A stretch of DNA of 64,000 nt from Deltaproteobacteria bacterium. Its GTDB lineage: Bacteria > UBA10199 > JACPAL01. The translations under genes were made by a program, and so were the position numbers. The number at the start of each line of letters is the position of its first letter. Positions within the stretch are counted from its first letter, which is position 1. The notes under the pieces are model-generated. The model was not told the DNA's origin, searched no databases, and saw only the letters and a list, made by a program, of their open reading frames with translations. The DNA lies in the NCBI GenBank assembly GCA_016180845.1, contig JACPAK010000001.1, positions 86,836 to 150,835 on the forward strand, given 5' to 3'. Below are positions 58,700 to 64,000 of the stretch, piece after piece.

Positions 58700-59011
58700 T
58701 TAGACTTTAATATCGGTGATTTCGACCAAGGTCTCTTCCTGCCGATGCCCCTGCTTCTTGTCGTATCCCTTCCGTCTCTTGTACTTGTAAACGATCACCT
58801 TTTCGCCCCTCTGCTGGGCAATGATCTTCCCAAGGACACGGGCCTTTTCAACCGTTGGGGTCCCGACCGCCCCCTGACCATCCCCTCCAACAAAAAGCAC
58901 CTGGTCAAAGGCGACATCCTTCCCCTCCTCCAATGGGAGCTTCTCTAAGGAGACTTTGTCTCCCTTGGAGACCCGGTACTGCTTGCCGCCTGTTTGGATA
59001 ATTGCATACAT
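58700..59011 (-). CDS. rplU: 50S ribosomal protein L21
   Basis: [19 protein letters not shown]-terminus. Confidence 0.95.
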   Translation of the reverse strand: MYAIIQTGGKQYRVSKGDKVSLEKLPLEEGKDVAFDQVLFVGGDGQGAVGTPTVEKARVLGKIIAQQRGEKVIVYKYKRRKGYDKKQGHRQEETLVEITDIKV

Positions 59012-59064
59012 AGTTAAAAAGAATCAGCTTTTAAACATGTGCCGACCCCTCTTGTCAAGGACCG

Positions 59065-60582
59065 TCACGCCTTGTCCGTTACGTCGAATTGCTCTAAATG
59101 AAAGTCTTCCCGGGACTTTACAAGCACCTTTTTGCCGGAACGAGCCTCCCACTCCTCGAGGGAGGGGCGTTCTTCATCCAGCAAAAGCTCGGCAACCGTC
59201 GGGTTGGCATAAACGGTGATTGTCGGGTGATGATAATCCACCAAACCTCGTTTCAATTCCCGAAGGATCTCGTGACAGATCGTCGCCCGACTCTTCAAAT
59301 AACCACGTCCCTCACAATAAAAACAGGGTTCACACAGGAGTCGACTCAGGCTCTCACGAGTCCTCTTTCGGGTCATCTCGACAAGCCCAAGATCGGTGAT
59401 CTTCGTAATCGTCGTCTTGGCCCGATCTGATTTCAGATGCTCCTTCAGTGCTTGATAGACCTTCTCCCGATTCGCATGCCTCTCCATATCAATGAAATCG
59501 ATAATGATAATCCCCCCCATATCCCTGAGCCGGAGCTGATACGCGATCTCCTTGACCGCCTCGAGGTTGGTTTTGAGAATCGTATCTTCAAGATTTCTCT
59601 TCCCCACAAATTTTCCGGTATTCACATCGATCGCCGTCAGCGCTTCGGTCTGATCAAGAATGATATACCCCCCCGACTTCAGCCAAACCTTTTTGCCAAG
59701 GGCACGGGAGATCTCAACCTCAATCCCATAAGCATCGAAAATCGGTTCCGCTCCGTCGTAAAGTTCGACAACATTTTGGGAGGGAGAGGAAAAAGAATGG
59801 ATAAACTCCTCGATCTTTTTCTTCTCGTCTGGGGAATCAATCACAATATGGTCAATATCCGGGGTAAAGAGATCTCGAACAGCCCGGAGCACAACACTGA
59901 GTTCACTATGAACGAGCGACGGGGCCTTTTTCTCTTCGGCAATAAGACGGATCTCATTCCATAATCGAATCAAATACTCCATGTCCTGGCGGAGTTCCTG
60001 TTCGGTTGCCTTTTCACTCAAGGTCCTCGCAATAAAACCCCCTTCATCTCGAGAAACAATTTTATTCAGAATCGCTTTGAGACGAACTCTCTCATCATCG
60101 TCGGGAATACGACGTGATACCCCAACATGATTGACCGTCGGCATATAGACCAAAAAACGCCCCGGGAGACTGACATGTGTTGTGAGTCGGGCACCCTTTG
60201 TCCCGATCGGATCTCTCGCAATCTGAACAAGGATCTCCTGCCCTTCGCGGACAAGATCCTGGATTTGAGGGATATCGCGTGGCTGGTTTCGATCAAACCT
60301 CGGTCGTTCCGGAGGCAGCTCCTCCTCTTCCGCCATCATCTCCTCAGCAGCAAGATCAGGGGCGATATCGGAGACATACAGAAAAGCGGTCCTCTCAAGA
60401 CCGATTTCAGCAAACGCCGCCTGCATCCCGGGGAGGACACGAACAATCTTTCCCTTGTAGATATTGCCGGCGTAACGGACTTCCTGGACCCTCTCGACAA
60501 TCAGCTCGGTAATACTCCCCCCCTCGAGACGGGCAATGCGAGTTTGTGTCGGGGAAACATTAATGATCAGCTCATTTTTCAC
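59065..60582 (-). CDS. rng: ribonuclease E/G family (RNase G-like size)
   Basis: N-terminal S1 domain and the RNase E/G catalytic core. 505 aa. Confidence 0.8.
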   Translation of the reverse strand: MKNELIINVSPTQTRIARLEGGSITELIVERVQEVRYAGNIYKGKIVRVLPGMQAAFAEIGLERTAFLYVSDIAPDLAAEEMMAEEEELPPERPRFDRNQPRDIPQIQDLVREGQEILVQIARDPIGTKGARLTTHVSLPGRFLVYMPTVNHVGVSRRIPDDDERVRLKAILNKIVSRDEGGFIARTLSEKATEQELRQDMEYLIRLWNEIRLIAEEKKAPSLVHSELSVVLRAVRDLFTPDIDHIVIDSPDEKKKIEEFIHSFSSPSQNVVELYDGAEPIFDAYGIEVEISRALGKKVWLKSGGYIILDQTEALTAIDVNTGKFVGKRNLEDTILKTNLEAVKEIAYQLRLRDMGGIIIIDFIDMERHANREKVYQALKEHLKSDRAKTTITKITDLGLVEMTRKRTRESLSRLLCEPCFYCEGRGYLKSRATICHEILRELKRGLVDYHHPTITVYANPTVAELLLDEERPSLEEWEARSGKKVLVKSREDFHLEQFDVTDKA

Positions 60583-60641
60583 GGGGAGAGATTAAGCTTC
60601 CTGGGGTTCTCATTGCAATCGTAAAAAATCCCGCCGGGTTT

Positions 60642-61748
60642 TTAATCCTGCCCTACCGCTTTTCCGGAATTAAAGGTCAGGTCATCGAGGATAAATTCCG
60701 CACTGCCCGATGTCGACTCGCTTTGAGCGGTTATAGCCAGAAAGGCACCTGTTGGCATGTTGGTCAAAGAGGTGTCCGATCCGATCTGAACGAAGGAACC
60801 AGAGGAGAGTTTTCTAAAGCACTGAAATGTCGACCCCGACCGAACGACTCGGATCGAAATATTCGGTGTAAAACTTCCGGAAGCACTGCCTGGCTGATCG
60901 CAAGCGCTATCTGTGCTGAAACCCCCATTGGAAGAGCCCTTATAGCAATCGATCGACGTCAAAGCACACTGAAAGAATTTATCTTTGTTCTCCTCAAGAG
61001 AGGAGACGACGATCAATTTCACCGCGGCATTCATGCTGTCCACAGTCATGGAACTCACTGTAATCTGGGCATCGAAATCCCCCGAAACCTCCTTGGAGGC
61101 AGAAGGGAGGATATTGAAGGCGTCGAATTTGGAATTGTAGGTGGTCATATCAAACTTCAACTGACCCCCCGTGATCGTAACCGCCGCCGCCTCGCTGTTG
61201 GCGACAGTGTCTGTCTGATTCGTGGTATTGTTAAACTTGTAACAACTCGACGTGTCCTTCGAATAATCATCGGAGCTGGTACAGGAGGTCGAAGAGGAGG
61301 CGCCGTCTGTTGTTGTTACCGTCACTGTCGTCTCAGCCACTTCATTGGAACTTTTATCAACAACCCCTGAGACCAAAAAGGTACATGAGGCCCCGGCGGG
61401 CAGGGCCTGACTCGGCAGGAAGCAGCATTCATTGTCGACCACCGCATCGGTATCGACCGAGGTGTTGATCGATCCGGAGGTTGCTGTCCCATCACAGATC
61501 AGGGTAAGGGTTTCGGTGGTACAGGTAGTCAGGTCGACAGATTCTGTAAATTTGACGCAAAAATCGGTAGAGGGGCTCACGGTATCATTCGTCTGGATCG
61601 TATTTCCATCCGAGTCATTTGCCGTCCCTGTCGAAGAGGCGGCTGCATCGTCATCTGCACCGGAATCTGTTTTTTTGGAATTATCGACAAGCTCCGAGGC
61701 ACAGGCAAAAAGGAATAACACCACGAGAATGAGTGATACCTTTGACAC
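60642..61748 (-). CDS. Ser/Thr-rich lipoprotein of unknown function
   Basis: Signal peptide plus lipobox (VLFLFACAS). Strongly S/T/D-rich low-complexity body. Confidence 0.45.
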   Translation of the reverse strand: MSKVSLILVVLFLFACASELVDNSKKTDSGADDDAAASSTGTANDSDGNTIQTNDTVSPSTDFCVKFTESVDLTTCTTETLTLICDGTATSGSINTSVDTDAVVDNECCFLPSQALPAGASCTFLVSGVVDKSSNEVAETTVTVTTTDGASSSTSCTSSDDYSKDTSSCYKFNNTTNQTDTVANSEAAAVTITGGQLKFDMTTYNSKFDAFNILPSASKEVSGDFDAQITVSSMTVDSMNAAVKLIVVSSLEENKDKFFQCALTSIDCYKGSSNGGFSTDSACDQPGSASGSFTPNISIRVVRSGSTFQCFRKLSSGSFVQIGSDTSLTNMPTGAFLAITAQSESTSGSAEFILDDLTFNSGKAVGQD

Positions 61749-61849
61749 TGTTCAAGTCTCCCAGGAGTTACTGATCCACTAGGGAAGCAAATCAGATGCC
61801 ACTTGCCGATTAAAAGTGAATTCTGAGGCGCAAAAAAATATTTTATAAA

Positions 61850-64000
61850 TCATGTGGTTATAAGGCTTGGTGGGACAGTGGGGGGTGTCGGATCCGCATA
61901 AGAAGGTAAATTTGTACCCTTTTCAGTCGGTTTTTTTGACAAATTCACAACTGATTTCAAAAGGATCCCTTCCAGAAATTCCGGGGCAAGACGTCCCCAA
62001 ATCAGAGGCTCTTCCAGGCACTCATTCAACTGAATTATAAATTCGCCGGTGACCTCGACACCAACAGGGGCTGCCGGACCAAAAGAGATCTTCGGATACG
62101 GATGAAACCCCTCTGAGAATTTAACCGGCAAGTTGGCGCGAGAGACCGCTCGACGGATATGATCGACAAATTCGAGGTGACTCAAGAAGGCGGCAGGACC
62201 GGTTTTGGAGTAGGTGCAAGTAAATGACCAGCCTGTGCGAGCCTTGCTCCGGCCTCCTGCGAAAATCGCGGCACCATCCGAACGATTCTCCTCTGGTCCA
62301 AGGCTTCCCGGCGGAGAATCGTTCGGTATTATTGTGGCGACGTCCTCGGAGGCCTTCACAAGATCTCTCACAGACTGGTTTAAACTGTATTCCCGAACCT
62401 CGGTCGTCGTCTTTTTCTTCACCAATTTCTGATTTTCATCATAAACCGGCAGTTCATACGACCGATTCCGGACCGCCTTATAATCACAAACCCCGCAGAT
62501 CGTGCATTTCCCGGTAGAACAATCATCGATGAAGGCCTCGTGAAGCGATGCTTGATACTCATCCCAAAGCCACTCCTTATCCATCTCAACAAAGAGATGA
62601 TCCCAAGGCAAAACCTCTTCTCTCTCTCGTCGCCGTTCGACATAGAACTTGGGATCGATCCCACATTCCTCCCAAGCCTCCTGCCAGAGATGGAATTTCA
62701 ACCCCTCATCCCATTCGTCAAAACGACACCCCTTTTCCCAGGCCCGTACGATGAGGCCTGAAAGCCGGCGATCCCCCCTGGAAAAAACCCCCTCCAGATA
62801 GGTCGTATCGAGTCGATGAGGTTTGAGATGCAACTTTCTCGAACGAATCCGGGACTCGAGAAGATCCAGTTTTCGAACCGATTCTTGCAGAGAACTCTGG
62901 GACTCCCATTGAAAAGGGGTAAACGGTTTCGGGACAAAAGACGAAACACCGAGATTGATCTCGGCAGATCGGTTGCGTTGAAGCCCTTCTCGAAGGGTAC
63001 GATAACCCAGCTCGGCGATCTCGATGACGTCCTCATCGGTCTCTGTCGGAAGTCCAATCATGAAATAAAATTTCATGAGACGCCATCCAGCGGAAAAGAC
63101 CGCCCTGACCGTGTTCATTAAATTTTCTTCGGAATTTCCTTTATTAATCACCCGCCGCATCCGGTCTGTCGCTGCCTCAGGAGCAATCGTGAAACCGGTC
63201 TTACGTACCCGCTTGATCTCCTCGATCAGGGCTGGGGTCAGTTGTTCCACACGTGTCGCCGGTATCGAAATAGCAACCCTCTTCTCTTGAAATTCATCCA
63301 TCAGATCTCTTGCGAGAGGGGTGAGGCAATCATAATCGCCGATCGAGAGAGAGACGAGACTGACCTCCTCCTGACCGGTCGCCGCAATCTGATTCCGAAC
63401 AATCTGCTTCACCGTCTCAGGAGAGCGTTGCCTCTCGGGACGATCGATATAACCGGCCTGGCAGAAACGACACCCACGCACACATCCGCGCTGAACCTCG
63501 ACGCCAACACGGTCATGGATCACCTTCGTATTCGGAAGGATCGGTTTTTTTGGGTAGTAGGCCTTGTCCAGATCTGAGACGACACGCTTTTTGATCCCTT
63601 TGTAATCTTCTAAGAGCGACTTGATCTCACGAATTGTTCCATCATCGTTATAAGTTGGTTCGAAGAATGAGGGGATGTAGACGCCGGGGATTTTGGAGAG
63701 TTGTTTCAAAATCCCCTCCGGCCCCCCTTTGACAAAGGGGGGTGAGGGGGGATTTTTCCAATTCTTCACAATCTCGCAAATCTCCAGGATCGCCTCCTCA
63801 CCGTCTCCAATCAGGATCGCATCGAAGAAATCGGCGACCGGTTCGGGGTTGTATGCCCCAGTTCCGCCTCCAAGGATGAGCGGATAGCTATCGTCCCGAT
63901 CTTTGGAATAGAACGGGATCCCGCCGAGATTGAGGACCGTCAGGATATTCGTGTAAGTCAGTTCAAACGGAATCGTGATCCCGAGGATATCAAGTTCGCG
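61850..64000 (-). CDS. radical SAM protein (B12-binding-like N-terminal domain + radical SAM core + C-terminal extension), 5' end beyond window
   Basis: CxxxCxxC motif GCVRGCRFCQAG. The reading frame stays open upstream of the listed Met through 64000, with a B12-binding-like region (LILGGGTGAYNPEPVADFFDAILIGDGEEAI). It contains both repeat families in frame. Confidence 0.75.
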   Translation of the reverse strand, partial: RELDILGITIPFELTYTNILTVLNLGGIPFYSKDRDDSYPLILGGGTGAYNPEPVADFFDAILIGDGEEAILEICEIVKNWKNPPSPPFVKGGPEGILKQLSKIPGVYIPSFFEPTYNDDGTIREIKSLLEDYKGIKKRVVSDLDKAYYPKKPILPNTKVIHDRVGVEVQRGCVRGCRFCQAGYIDRPERQRSPETVKQIVRNQIAATGQEEVSLVSLSIGDYDCLTPLARDLMDEFQEKRVAISIPATRVEQLTPALIEEIKRVRKTGFTIAPEAATDRMRRVINKGNSEENLMNTVRAVFSAGWRLMKFYFMIGLPTETDEDVIEIAELGYRTLREGLQRNRSAEINLGVSSFVPKPFTPFQWESQSSLQESVRKLDLLESRIRSRKLHLKPHRLDTTYLEGVFSRGDRRLSGLIVRAWEKGCRFDEWDEGLKFHLWQEAWEECGIDPKFYVERRREREEVLPWDHLFVEMDKEWLWDEYQASLHEAFIDDCSTGKCTICGVCDYKAVRNRSYELPVYDENQKLVKKKTTTEVREYSLNQSVRDLVKASEDVATIIPNDSPPGSLGPEENRSDGAAIFAGGRSKARTGWSFTCTYSKTGPAAFLSHLEFVDHIRRAVSRANLPVKFSEGFHPYPKISFGPAAPVGVEVTGEFIIQLNECLEEPLIWGRLAPEFLEGILLKSVVNLSKKPTEKGTNLPSYADPTPPTVPPSLITT
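62277..62325. repeat. family-2 hairpin repeat, copy 2 (arms ccgaacgattctcc / ggagaatcgttcgg, 21-nt spacer inverted relative to copy 1)
   Basis: Read directly. Perfect 14-bp inverted arms. Encodes NDSPPGSLGPEENRS in the radical SAM gene. Confidence 0.7.
63710..63760. repeat. family-1 palindromic repeat, copy 2 (aaaatcccctccggccccccctttgacaaaggggggtgaggggggattttt)
   Basis: Read directly. Encodes KNPPSPPFVKGGPEG in the radical SAM gene, parallel to ENPPNPPLSKGGKGG in the 833-aa gene. Confidence 0.7.

Overview
This is a 64-kb bacterial chromosomal segment with densely packed genes on both strands and no CRISPR array. From the printed sequence I estimate roughly 55% GC; this is a by-eye estimate, not a computed value. 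The organism cannot be assigned from the sequence alone. Much of the window is a conserved housekeeping backbone. It holds the rpsU-gatB/yqeY-dnaG-rpoD operon followed by a tRNA-Met(CAU), then rnhA and the RNase P RNA gene. It also holds rplU-rpmA-obg, proB-proA-rsfS-gpmI, a fadA/fadB-like beta-oxidation pair, mutY, a long-form thyX, cysH, mscS, a tmRNA (ssrA) and a folB-SDR-queD-GATase pterin cluster. Seven features stand out. (1) A six-gene operon at 8.2-15.3 kb looks like a complex I or group-4 [NiFe]-hydrogenase module (NuoL/HyfB, NuoH/HyfC, HyfE, NuoN/HyfF, a fused NuoC-NuoD large subunit and a NuoB/HycG small subunit). The large subunit has lost all four NiFe-ligating cysteines, and no NuoI/HycF ferredoxin gene is present, which is the signature of an Ehr-type (energy-converting hydrogenase-related) complex of unknown function. 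(2) Two families of roughly 50-bp hairpin-forming palindromic repeats are each inserted in frame into the same two unrelated genes, an 833-aa hypothetical protein and a radical SAM protein. (3) Two translationally coupled giant proteins (941 and 833 aa) without recognisable domains lie behind an MFS transporter, next to a low-GC AAA ATPase gene that sits directly after the tmRNA. (4) A 1006-aa fusion protein joins an MBL-fold hydrolase to two cNMP-binding domains. (5) An ORF6N-domain gene is disrupted by a palindromic insert. (6) dnaG has clear N-terminal homology upstream of its first canonical start codon. (7) A putrescine/GABA-type catabolic cluster has two aldehyde dehydrogenases and a class-III aminotransferase. 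All calls rest on motif recognition in the supplied ORF translations and direct inspection of the nucleotide sequence. No database searches were run.
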